Shown: positions 52,637 to 61,900 of the stretch, piece after piece
Position numbering within the stretch: the stretch's first letter is position 1
Layout: every line of letters starts with the position of its first letter
Origin: Thermoproteota archaeon
GTDB taxonomy: Archaea > Korarchaeota > Korarchaeia > Korarchaeales > Korarchaeaceae
DNA length: 64,000 nucleotides
Direction: 5' to 3'
Assembly: GCA_026986575.1 (NCBI GenBank)
Contig: JALSOH010000004.1
Coordinates: forward strand, 128,001 to 192,000
The notes under the pieces: model-generated
What the model was told of the DNA's origin: nothing
The model's input: the letters and a program-made list of their open reading frames with translations, nothing else
Databases searched by the model: none
Program-made: the position numbers and the translations under genes

Positions 52637-54394
52637 CTAGAGGATATACTCCTGAAGAAAGCCATAAAATCTCACTGCAAGGCCTCGTTCTGCTGTTTCA
52701 ACAGCTTTCTGTTTAATTTTCTCCTTAGTAGGTATTTCCTCCGCTAGAAGCGTTTCTACCGTATTTAGCAAGCTTTCTGCAAGCGATTCAAGAAACCGAG
52801 AAAACGAATGTAATGACTCTTGCATAGTGTCAATCACTTCGTGGCGATCTCTGTTATAAAGGGACGATACATCTATATTACATGTGCCCTGAATAATATT
52901 AAAAATAGTCCTGAGGAGCTCTTCCGGCACATAAACTCTAACTGGAGATAATGAAGCTCTATATTCCCTTGTCCTCTTTACTTCCTCCGATATGTGCCAT
53001 CTGATGTCCAATAAAGACCTAGATCTTCTTTCTACCTCGTCGTAAAGCAGAGGCTCCTCTATAATTCCGGAACTCACCAAGGGAATAGTTTCGAGGTCAA
53101 AGATTACTGGTTTTCTGTCTGGGTTTAGAAGCTCGTCCCATTGCATGGGATGTATTCTATTAAGGAGGTGGAGAAGTACTTTGGTTGTCTCTTTTTCTTT
53201 TTCATATATTAATGGAAGCATAGTTACCTTAGACTTTGCAGGATCCCACCCGATATCTTTTGCCGAAATTCTAAAGGGAATCTCGTTGTAGACTTTTCTC
53301 TTCATTATTCTTTCTGCCACTTCTTGTGGAAGAGAGCCGCTACCCCTCATTTCTATCAATAGTTCTTCGTCAGTCATTGTGAGTATCTCTCTTAGATTTC
53401 TATTCTGAAATCTGATCATATTATACACCGCTCTTATGATCAACTCCTGATACGCTCTGTGTATTGGATGAAAGTAAACGCTAGTATACATTAAGTCCCT
53501 AGACCTACTCAAGCTCTCCAGAGCATCCGAATACTTCAGATCTATCCTAAGTCTAACGGTTTCTTCACCATCATCGGTTGGTTCCCTAATAAGCATTACT
53601 CCATTAACTAAAGCCCATATATCTGTGTAACCCGTCTCAACGCCTGTAAATAAGGCATCCCTTCTAAGATAATCCATCCTATCTGCGTCGAAACCGACGC
53701 TGATTATATCGCTAAGAAATTGAAACTCTCGAGCTTGCTCCAGTATACAACCTGATTCAATTAGGCTCTTTGAATTTTTAATTCGTTCCTTCATTTTAGA
53801 GTCTTCCCAAGGATACCTACAACCATTTTGATGATCAGATGGTTTTTGGGGAGACTCGCCTATTGAGATGTTCGCTATATTTAAAGGATCCAAGAGCCAC
53901 CAGAATTTCATTTCTCTATCTATGGCTCTATTACGTAACCTCGTTATGAATTCGTTCACCTCTATCATCTGTGGATCTTTTCCTAATATTATCTCGTAGG
54001 TTCTATACTTATCTTTCAACTCCTCTCCGTAACCAGCCCTCCTTCCAAACATGTCCATAGTATGAGAAAAAGGCCCATGACCGATATCATGGAATATAGC
54101 ACTTATCTCAGCAGCTAATCTTGCGATAGATGGTATATTATTGTCTCTGCTGGGCCTTTCTTCAAGTACATCTAGTATCCTGCTCGTTAAGTAGAACACT
54201 CCAAGGGTGTGAGCGAATCTTGTATGGGTTGCTCCTGGGTAGACTAGGTCCACCGTTGCTAACTGTTTTATCCTACGTAATCTTTGGACCGGCCATAAGT
54301 CAAAGGCCCTCCTATGGAGAGAGGAAGATGGTACAAAACCATATAGGGGGTCATAGAATGTACCTATCTCATACGCGCTCGACATATGTCCCAT
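52637..54394 (-). CDS. HD-domain phosphohydrolase (SAMHD1/YwfO-like)
   Basis: QRLRRIKQL, YPGATHTRFAH, HDIGHGPFSH, DADRMDYL.RD, VYFH. Confidence 0.92.
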   Translation of the reverse strand: MGHMSSAYEIGTFYDPLYGFVPSSSLHRRAFDLWPVQRLRRIKQLATVDLVYPGATHTRFAHTLGVFYLTSRILDVLEERPSRDNNIPSIARLAAEISAIFHDIGHGPFSHTMDMFGRRAGYGEELKDKYRTYEIILGKDPQMIEVNEFITRLRNRAIDREMKFWWLLDPLNIANISIGESPQKPSDHQNGCRYPWEDSKMKERIKNSKSLIESGCILEQAREFQFLSDIISVGFDADRMDYLRRDALFTGVETGYTDIWALVNGVMLIREPTDDGEETVRLRIDLKYSDALESLSRSRDLMYTSVYFHPIHRAYQELIIRAVYNMIRFQNRNLREILTMTDEELLIEMRGSGSLPQEVAERIMKRKVYNEIPFRISAKDIGWDPAKSKVTMLPLIYEKEKETTKVLLHLLNRIHPMQWDELLNPDRKPVIFDLETIPLVSSGIIEEPLLYDEVERRSRSLLDIRWHISEEVKRTREYRASLSPVRVYVPEELLRTIFNIIQGTCNIDVSSLYNRDRHEVIDTMQESLHSFSRFLESLAESLLNTVETLLAEEIPTKEKIKQKAVETAERGLAVRFYGFLQEYIL

Positions 54395-54427
54395 CTCACA
54401 GAAAAACGTCGAAAGTCGGAGTGCACC

Positions 54428-54925
54428 TCATGGCCTAGTGGATAGGAGGATATGTAATGCTTGTCTAGCGGTGCTTCTCAGGGATCTTAACGTTTCTGTC
54501 TCATTTAATGAGCCTATCTCATTAAAGAGCCCTTCAGCGAATTCCTTAGTCTCCTTATAAAGGTCCTCAGCTTGCCTAAGCTCTTTACGGAAAATCTCTA
54601 TAACCAGCCAACCTCTATCCGTTGGTGTTATGGGGCTTCCCCAAGTCAGCAATTCGGCTGATCTAAGGTTCCTTAGATCTTGATCTAAAAGTCTACTGTG
54701 AAGGGCTGTAGAGAAAGAATAGTCGAGTGGTACACCTCTGGACTTAGCGATTAGTGCTATATAATGTGCTGTGTTTATGGTAAACATCTCTTTCATACGT
54801 GTTTCGTTTACGCCTCCGGAGAATAGAAGGAATTTCTCTCTTCGTGGTATGAAACCCTTAGGGAGCGCTTCTATGAACTCTCTTATAACTTCCTCCAGAT
54901 GGGGCACGTTCCCACCTATACTCAT
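54428..54925 (-). CDS. YwgA/DUF4065-like winged-helix protein
   Basis: Y.F....HS..L..DL..L...LL...T.RG pattern; co-oriented just upstream of the HD gene. Confidence 0.45.
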   Translation of the reverse strand: MSIGGNVPHLEEVIREFIEALPKGFIPRREKFLLFSGGVNETRMKEMFTINTAHYIALIAKSRGVPLDYSFSTALHSRLLDQDLRNLRSAELLTWGSPITPTDRGWLVIEIFRKELRQAEDLYKETKEFAEGLFNEIGSLNETETLRSLRSTARQALHILLSTRP

Positions 54926-55029
54926 ATATGTGCTATGGGACCCAAAGTAATAATAAAAAGTTAGGTTAACCCTAACCCTCAGTTGTTGTTAAAGAATAGA
55001 TCTTCGATCTATTAAGAAATTATGTTTTA

Positions 55030-55105
55030 TGGTAGCCCCGCCCGGATTCGAACCGGGGTCTCCGGGTCCAGAGCCCGGCGTGCTTGGCCGCTACACCACG
55101 GGGCT
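55030..55105 (-). tRNA. tRNA-Gln(CTG)
   Basis: Near-identical to the tRNA-Gln at 4465 except loop CTCTGGA; encoded CCA. Confidence 0.95.
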
Positions 55106-55267
55106 CCGAGGTGATCATCGTCATGATACGTTCATAAGCTTTGCGGTGAAGTCCTCGCTGTCCCCTAGAAAGACCAACTACATCACTGATCTGCTGAGGA
55201 TTTATTTTATGTGTATCGGGCACGAACACGTAACTTTTTGAGCATTTAAGATGAGAGTATCCAACTA

Positions 55268-55600
55268 ATGGAGCGTCCAACTGGCAGAGTCCCTCGTCGA
55301 GGTGTACAATCTGATCAAGAGTCATGGCAGGGGTGACGGCGCTCAGAGAACTCTCCTTTGAGGTGCAAGAGGGGGAAATTTGCGGACTCTTAGGACCTAA
55401 TGGCGCGGGTAAGACCACGACCCTCAAGATGCTGGTGGGTCTGCTCACTCCCCGAGGTAGTAGGGCGCACATAACTGGGACATGACATCGTGCGTGAGAG
55501 AGTGGCCGCCCTGAAGTACGTGGGTTACATACAGAGAATCCCGTCCTCTTCAGAAATATAACAGTGAGAGAATTTTTGGAAATGATCGCGAGTGGTAACT
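55268..55600 (+). pseudogene. ABC transporter ATPase remnant
   Basis: [28 protein letters not shown], broken by frameshifts and truncated; degenerate membrane-protein fragments follow to ~56240. Confidence 0.75.
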
Positions 55601-56237
55601 TGGTGGCCTTAGTGTCCTACCCGCGATAGCTCTGATAGGAGATTACCGAGCTGGGTACTCGGGATGTCCGGTGATCCTAAGTTTCTGAAATCGGTAGGTG
55701 CGATGATCATCTTCATCCTCGCTCCCTCCATCATGACATCGATTTGGAGATTGTGTGGGTGGTAGGTCTGTGAATCTACCGCGTCTACTCGATAGAGATG
55801 AGGCCTTTCGGGGAGCTCTCATTCTCAAGTACTTCTATAGGATGACGGTCCCTCTGGCTGTATTGTCGGCATTCATCTTCGGCTTTACGAGGAGTCCAGT
55901 ATCCTTACGGCTCCTCTGTGTCTTCTCGCCCGTCGCGATCGTAGCTGTCTTTATGACGACTCTTCCTATAGTCTACTTCCTCCCTAGGAGGAGGGTGTGG
56001 AGGGTTGTCAGGTAGAACCCCCCTGGCTATTACTCGTTGGATTGGCTGGTGACGATCTTGGCGATCGCATCGATCTCGATGGTAGTCATAGGCTTCTTCT
56101 TAGCTATCTACTTCACCATCGTCAGCTGGGAGATTATACTGCTGGCCTCCGCCTCCTCTCCCTTAATGTCAGCGTTCCTGATAAGGTTCCTAGGGGGATC
56201 AGTTGGGCGATATGCTCTATTTCGCGGACCTAGCAGG

Positions 56238-56981
56238 TTAGCTTCTGGAGGTCTTCTCCTTTAGGGATCTTACTTTCTCCTCTACGTTGCCGCCTTCCTC
56301 TATATGAGTTCCCACCACCACTATGTCGGCGCCTGCCCTGACTCTCTCCTCCACCTGGTAGGGGGACTTTAACCCCCCTCCCACTATTATCCTGAGTCCC
56401 GTCCTCGCTCGAACTGTAGCCACCATCTCGACTGGAACTGGCTCCTCAGCACCGCTACCCGCCTCGAGATACACCCACCTCATGCCCAACAGCTCAGCCG
56501 CCATGGCATAGGCCAGCACTATCTCCGGCTTCTTCCTAGGAATGGGATTCACCCATCCGACCCATCCCGCAGCGCTAGTGTGTCCGGGTTCGACTATGAG
56601 GTATGCGGTGGGCATGACCTCTATTCCCAGTCTCTTGACGACCGGCGCCGCCAAGGCTTGGGCCTGGATTATCCAGTAGGGGTTGGACGAGTTCAGGAGG
56701 GACATGAAGAGTATCGCGTCGGCGTAGGGGGAGACCCCGTCCACGTTACCAGGGAAGAGTATCACAGGGAGGTCGGATCCCTCCTTGGCTCCCAGTATGG
56801 TATCATTGAGCCCGAAGGCCGCGCCAACCGAGCCACCAACGAATATGAGATCGGCCCCACCTCTCTCGGCCTGGGAGGCTATTAGACGCGCCTGATCCCT
56901 ATTGAGGTTTGCGGGATCCAATAGCACGGCGAGAAGGGCCTCCTCCCTTGACTTCTCCCTTATCCTATCCTCTATGGACAT
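56238..56981 (-). CDS. geranylgeranylglyceryl phosphate synthase
   Basis: LLDP, VGGS, ILFPG, SLLNS, YLEAGSGA, VGGG. Confidence 0.95.
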   Translation of the reverse strand: MSIEDRIREKSREEALLAVLLDPANLNRDQARLIASQAERGGADLIFVGGSVGAAFGLNDTILGAKEGSDLPVILFPGNVDGVSPYADAILFMSLLNSSNPYWIIQAQALAAPVVKRLGIEVMPTAYLIVEPGHTSAAGWVGWVNPIPRKKPEIVLAYAMAAELLGMRWVYLEAGSGAEEPVPVEMVATVRARTGLRIIVGGGLKSPYQVEERVRAGADIVVVGTHIEEGGNVEEKVRSLKEKTSRS

Positions 56982-57019
56982 CTCTCTTTGGGAGGGAGGA
57001 GACAATATAAGGAGGGGTG

Positions 57020-57379
57020 TTAGCCATCTGTCCTTAGCTCAGCCAACCTAGCCAGCCTGGCAGATAGATCTTTGAGCCTCTTCCTGCTATCCGCATCCAA
57101 ATCCATGCGCTCCAGCTCAGAGACTATGCTCTCCAGGTAGTCCAGCAACCTCTGGTGGCCCTCTCCAACCAGACCACGGAGCTGGAAGCCCTGAAGGGGA
57201 GTCACCCTAGAGTAGAGCTTCGGGCCCAAGTAGCACCTCCTCTTCCTCCACCTGCCTCCCTCCTTGTACATGTGAACCGCGTAGAAGTACACCTGCTTGG
57301 ATCCCTTGACTGTCCTTCTCTCGATGTAGCTGTAGGGCTGACCGCAGCGTGGACATACCTTCTCGCTCATTACCCACAA
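57020..57379 (-). CDS. small zinc-ribbon protein of mobile-element type
   Basis: CPRCG.PYSYIE...YFYAVH....RRCYLGP resembles archaeal virus/plasmid integrase-N-like proteins. Confidence 0.5.
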   Translation of the reverse strand: MWVMSEKVCPRCGQPYSYIERRTVKGSKQVYFYAVHMYKEGGRWRKRRCYLGPKLYSRVTPLQGFQLRGLVGEGHQRLLDYLESIVSELERMDLDADSRKRLKDLSARLARLAELRTDG

Positions 57380-57442
57380 ATTTATGGGTAAAAATATAAC
57401 CTTTGCCCCTAAATTTATGGGAGACTGGAGGCGAGTGACCTG

Positions 57443-57997
57443 ATGAAGAGAGGAATCAGGATACTCGCTATGGACGATGCTCCCTTCAATAAATGGTCGG
57501 ATGAGAAAGCATTCCTCGTCGGGCTTCTCTTTAGAGAGTTAACTCTTGAGGTGGCCTTGAGGGAGATTGTGAGCGTCGATGGCGATGACTCGACCTCAGC
57601 CCTTATCAGGATGGTGAGGCATCCAAAGGTAAGAGAGGAGGTGAAGGTGGTCTTCACTCACGGGACGACGTTCGCGGGCCTCAACCTGCTCAATATGCGA
57701 TCCTTCTACGAGGAGACCGGCGTGCCGGTGATAGCCGTCACCTCAAAGGAACCTACTGATGAGATAAGGGATGCGCTCAGGGCCGCAAAGCAGGAATGGA
57801 AGGAGGAGATTCTAGGGAGGAACCCGCCCTATAAGGCGCTCGAGACCCCACATGGAACCTGCTACTACTCCCACCTTGGATTGGGAAGGGATGAGGTTGA
57901 AGAGTTGCTGAGGAGGTACTCCATAGAGTCCAAGCTACCTGAGCAGCTTAGAGTGACTGACCTAGTAGCGAGGCTGCTCGAGGGCCTTGCCCCCTAA
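57443..57997 (+). CDS. DUF99 family (endonuclease V-like) protein
   Basis: DDAPF, VDG.D.T, G.TFAG.N, LPE.LR. Confidence 0.9.
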   Translation: MKRGIRILAMDDAPFNKWSDEKAFLVGLLFRELTLEVALREIVSVDGDDSTSALIRMVRHPKVREEVKVVFTHGTTFAGLNLLNMRSFYEETGVPVIAVTSKEPTDEIRDALRAAKQEWKEEILGRNPPYKALETPHGTCYYSHLGLGRDEVEELLRRYSIESKLPEQLRVTDLVARLLEGLAP

Positions 57998-58052
57998 ACT
58001 ATTTATTGACGGAGGGGATCATCAGGAGAGCTGAAGGAAAGGAGGGATCCCT

Positions 58053-60386
58053 TTGTCTAGACGAGAGCCCAGACTCAAGGAAAAGCACTGGTCTCCCGAT
58101 ATGGAGCTCGAGATGCAGAAGGTGTGGGAGGAGGAGGACACTTATCGCTTCAATCCGGACTCTGATAGGCCTCTCTTCTCAATAGATACGCCCCCTCCCT
58201 ACGCTAGCGGTAAGTGGCACATAGCTGCGGCCATCCATTATTCTCAGATCGACATGATCGCGAGGACCCAGAGGATGAGGGGTTACGAGGTCTACTTCCC
58301 CTTCGGGGTGGACAGGAACGGCCTCCCGGTTGAGGTGGAGACTGAGAAGAGGTACGAGATCAAGATGTTCGAATATCCTAGAGAGGAGTTCCTCAGGCTG
58401 TGTAGGGAGTTCTTGGATGAAGCTGAGCAGGACATCCTCTCGATAGTCAAGAGGCTGGGTATTAGCGCAGACACCAAGAACTACTTCCAGACTGATAGTG
58501 AGAAGTGGAGGGCTGTGACTCAAGCCACCTTTATCGATGCCTGGAATAAGGGGTACATCTACGAGGACTACAGGCCGAACATATACTGCCCGAGGTGCAG
58601 GACCACTCTAGCAGATGCGGAGGTCGAGTACAAGGAGCTCCCCACCAGACTCGTGTACCTCAAGTTCAAGGTGGAGGGGAGTGAAGAGGAGGTGGTCGTG
58701 GCCACTACCAGGCCGGAGCTCCTCCCAGCATGTAAGGCGGTCATATACAATCCCGACGATGAGAGGTACAAGTGGCTGAGGGGGAAGAGGGTGGTCACGC
58801 CCCTAGGGGATGCCATACCCGTTATGGAACACCCGTATGCCGATCCCGAGTTCGGGACCGGCTTGGTGATGATATGTTCCTATGGTGACAAGATGGATGT
58901 CCAACTCTTCAGGGAGCTCGGTCTGGAGCCGAAAATAGTGGTCAATGAGGACGGCGCCCTCAATGAGAACGCTGGGGAGTACGCGGGCCTCACCATACAG
59001 GAGGCGAGGGAGAGGATAATAAGGGATTTAGAGCGGAAGGGGTTTGTTGAGAGGATCGAGACCATCATGCACAGGACTCCCGTGTGCTGGCGCTGCAAGA
59101 CTCCTCTGGAGATAGTCCCGATGAGGGAGTACTACCTAAAGCAGGTTGATCTGATTCATGAACTCGAGGAATACCTTGATGTGGTGAGATTCTACCCGGA
59201 GTGGGCGTCCAACTACTGGAGGGACTGGTTGAAGTCCGTGAGTTCCGACTGGCCCATATCCAGGAGGAGGTACTACGCCACGGAGATACCGGTATGGTAC
59301 TGCAAGAGCTGCGGAAAGCCCGTGTTACCGCCTCCCGGCAAGTACTACCAGCCTTGGAAGGAGGATCCGCCCTACGACAAGTGCCCGCACTGTGGTTCAA
59401 CGGCTGGCTTCGAGGGGGAGAAGAGGGTCTTCGATACGTGGATGGACTCCTCCATCTCGCCCCTAGTCTACAACGGATTCGGTTGGGACGACGAGTTCTT
59501 CAGTAAGCTAGGATCGAGCGATTTGAGGCCTCAGGGCAAGGACATAGTGAGAACTTGGCTCCATTACACCTTCCTGAGGGTGCATCAGGTGCTCGGGAAG
59601 CCAGCCTTCAAGCACGTCTGGATATCGGGGATGGGGCTGGATGCGAAAGGCAGGGCTATGCACAAGAGCTTGGGTAACATAATATACCCGTGGCCCTTGT
59701 TTGAGAAGTACGGGGCCGATGCTGTGAGGTTCTTCGGTGCGGCAGAGGCGCATCACGGTTCCGACTTCAGGATATCTGAGAGGAAGATAGAGGGCGCCTA
59801 TAAGTTCCTGCAGAAACTGTGGAACGTGGCCAGGTTCATCTCACAATTCGAGGAACCCAAGGGGATGCCTGAGCTGGAACCCTCTGATCTCTGGATACTG
59901 GGGGAGCTGAACAAGTCTATAAGGAGGGCCCTGTCGGGTTATGAGAGGTTCGACTTCTTTGACCCGGCTAACGAGGTCAGGATCTTCATCTGGGATGTGT
60001 TCGCCCCCCACTACATAGAGCTCGTCAAGGGAAGGGCCTACGGTGATTGTGTAGATGAAGGGAAGTCGGCGGCAGCGAGGTGGACCCTCCACTACGTCCT
60101 GAGGGCCGTACTTAGATTAGCGGCTCCCGTCATCCCCCACATCACTGACTACATATGGAGGAGCATCTACGGAGGAACGGTCCACAGGGAGCTCTTTCCC
60201 GAGGTAAGGGAGGAGTGGGACACGGAGTACTTGGAGCTCGGAAGGAAAGTGATGGAATTCAACAGCCTAGTCTGGAAGACCAAGAAAGAAAGGGGCATGA
60301 GGATGAAGGATCCGATAGAGATGAAGATCCCTGAGGACCTCAAGCCCTTCGAGGAGGATCTGAGAAAACTTCACAACATAAAGTAA
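58053..60386 (+). CDS. valS: valine--tRNA ligase
   Basis: DTPPPY.SG.WH, ATTRPE, W.ISRRRYY, DTWMDSS, AMHKS. Confidence 0.95.
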   Translation: MSRREPRLKEKHWSPDMELEMQKVWEEEDTYRFNPDSDRPLFSIDTPPPYASGKWHIAAAIHYSQIDMIARTQRMRGYEVYFPFGVDRNGLPVEVETEKRYEIKMFEYPREEFLRLCREFLDEAEQDILSIVKRLGISADTKNYFQTDSEKWRAVTQATFIDAWNKGYIYEDYRPNIYCPRCRTTLADAEVEYKELPTRLVYLKFKVEGSEEEVVVATTRPELLPACKAVIYNPDDERYKWLRGKRVVTPLGDAIPVMEHPYADPEFGTGLVMICSYGDKMDVQLFRELGLEPKIVVNEDGALNENAGEYAGLTIQEARERIIRDLERKGFVERIETIMHRTPVCWRCKTPLEIVPMREYYLKQVDLIHELEEYLDVVRFYPEWASNYWRDWLKSVSSDWPISRRRYYATEIPVWYCKSCGKPVLPPPGKYYQPWKEDPPYDKCPHCGSTAGFEGEKRVFDTWMDSSISPLVYNGFGWDDEFFSKLGSSDLRPQGKDIVRTWLHYTFLRVHQVLGKPAFKHVWISGMGLDAKGRAMHKSLGNIIYPWPLFEKYGADAVRFFGAAEAHHGSDFRISERKIEGAYKFLQKLWNVARFISQFEEPKGMPELEPSDLWILGELNKSIRRALSGYERFDFFDPANEVRIFIWDVFAPHYIELVKGRAYGDCVDEGKSAAARWTLHYVLRAVLRLAAPVIPHITDYIWRSIYGGTVHRELFPEVREEWDTEYLELGRKVMEFNSLVWKTKKERGMRMKDPIEMKIPEDLKPFEEDLRKLHNIK

Positions 60387-60387
60387 G

Positions 60388-60497
60388 TGGCGCCGGGGGT
60401 GGGATTCGAACCCACGAGGCCCGTGAGGGCCACCGGATCTCGAGTCCGGCCCCTTGCTTCGCCGGGCGCCTGGGCCCTCTGGCTAGGGTACCCCGGC
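60388..60497 (-). tRNA. tRNA-Ser(CGA) with 21-nt D-loop intron (60458-60478)
   Basis: CCGGA-CTCGAGA-TCCGG arm and long variable arm; BHB-like excision restores G18G19. Confidence 0.88.
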
Positions 60498-60553
60498 ACT
60501 ACCCCGCCACTTTCTCCCTGATCTCTGGGGCTATAAATGTTGGGGGTGATAAG

Positions 60554-61312
60554 ATGGATGCTGCCCTCGTCTTAGGGACCGCTGGATCCGGTAAGACCAC
60601 CTTCACTGCGAGCTATTCGGAATGGTTAAGGAGGAGGTTCATGCCGCTCCGGAGTTGCACAGCCAACTTGGATCCGGGAGTGCTGAGCCTGCCGTACAAA
60701 CCCGATTACGATGTTAGGGAGCTGATCAGCGTACAAGATATAATGGGGAAGGAGATACTGGGTCCTAACGGCGCTCTGGTGAGGGCTGCGGAGATCATGG
60801 TGGCTAAGATGGGTGAGATAGTCGAATCCCTATGCTCCCTCAGCTGCGACCATTTAGTGATAGACACGCCCGGTCAAATGGAGATCTTCGCCTTCAGGCC
60901 CTTGGGGAGGGTGCTGTGTGAGAGGCTCTCTTCATGCCTAAATCTGGCTGCCGTCTTTTTGGGAGATCACGAGCCGGGAAGGGAGATGGAGGACATCGTC
61001 ACCTCGGCCCTGCTAGCCAAGATACTGGAACTGAAGCTTGGAGTGACTGTGATCCCCCTGCTCAACAAGATGGATATCTGGCGGGGCGAGGGAGTCGAGA
61101 AGGTATGGGAGAGGGTGCTGAGGGGGGAGGTGGATGGGCTCGATGCTGGCGAGGGTACCCTGTCGGACGCATTGCTGGAGCTCGTGAGGGCCGTTTCCTC
61201 TTTTAAATCACCGGTCAGGGTGGTACCCATCTCGGCTAGGGAGGGAATTAACTACCAAGAGGTTTTCGATCTTCTAAGCGAGGTATGGTGCTCTTGCGGA
61301 GATATGACCTGA
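60554..61312 (+). CDS. GPN-loop GTPase
   Basis: GTAGSGKT, NLDPG, LGPNG, DTPGQME, NK.D. Confidence 0.93.
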   Translation: MDAALVLGTAGSGKTTFTASYSEWLRRRFMPLRSCTANLDPGVLSLPYKPDYDVRELISVQDIMGKEILGPNGALVRAAEIMVAKMGEIVESLCSLSCDHLVIDTPGQMEIFAFRPLGRVLCERLSSCLNLAAVFLGDHEPGREMEDIVTSALLAKILELKLGVTVIPLLNKMDIWRGEGVEKVWERVLRGEVDGLDAGEGTLSDALLELVRAVSSFKSPVRVVPISAREGINYQEVFDLLSEVWCSCGDMT

Positions 61313-61854
61313 TTGGTATCGACCTGGCCGTTAGGAAACCCTCCTCCCTAGCGGGTTACTCAAAGGGGAGCAAGATAGAGATATGGAGGATGACCCCCTG
61401 TGAGCTACTAGAGGAGGGGTTGGAAACCGAGCTCGTCGTTATAGACGCGTCCCTCTCCCTTCCTAAGGAGGGGGCCTTCAGGGACTTCGAAAGGGAGGTG
61501 TTATCGAGGGGATACAAGCTCCTACCCGTAAAGAAGGGGCCGATGAGGGATCTAGCGATCATGGGCTCCCAGCTGAAGCTCAAGTTGGAAAGTAAAGGGG
61601 TTAAGGTGTTGGAGACACATCCATCCTCAGCCCTGAAGGCGATCGGAATGACTAGGTATCATGTGGTCTCCCTCCTGTCGAAGGTGGGCTTCACCCCGAG
61701 CCCGCCTGTGAGTGAAGATGATGAAGATGCCCTTATATGCCTGCTAGTTGGGATGCTCTACCTGAAGGGAGGAGTGGAGATCTTCGAGGGTGAGGAGGGG
61801 TCGATGGTCCTGCCCAAGCTGGGATTGAGGCTCAGGGATTTGGATCTCACTTGA
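61285..61854 (+). CDS. DUF429 family putative nuclease
   Basis: GIDLA, IDA.LS.P, R..ER, ETHP, DA. Confidence 0.85.
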   Translation: MVLLRRYDLIGIDLAVRKPSSLAGYSKGSKIEIWRMTPCELLEEGLETELVVIDASLSLPKEGAFRDFEREVLSRGYKLLPVKKGPMRDLAIMGSQLKLKLESKGVKVLETHPSSALKAIGMTRYHVVSLLSKVGFTPSPPVSEDDEDALICLLVGMLYLKGGVEIFEGEEGSMVLPKLGLRLRDLDLT

Positions 61855-61900
61855 AGGAACTGAGATCACCTTTTTAGTAGTGATGGGGTAACTGACCCAG

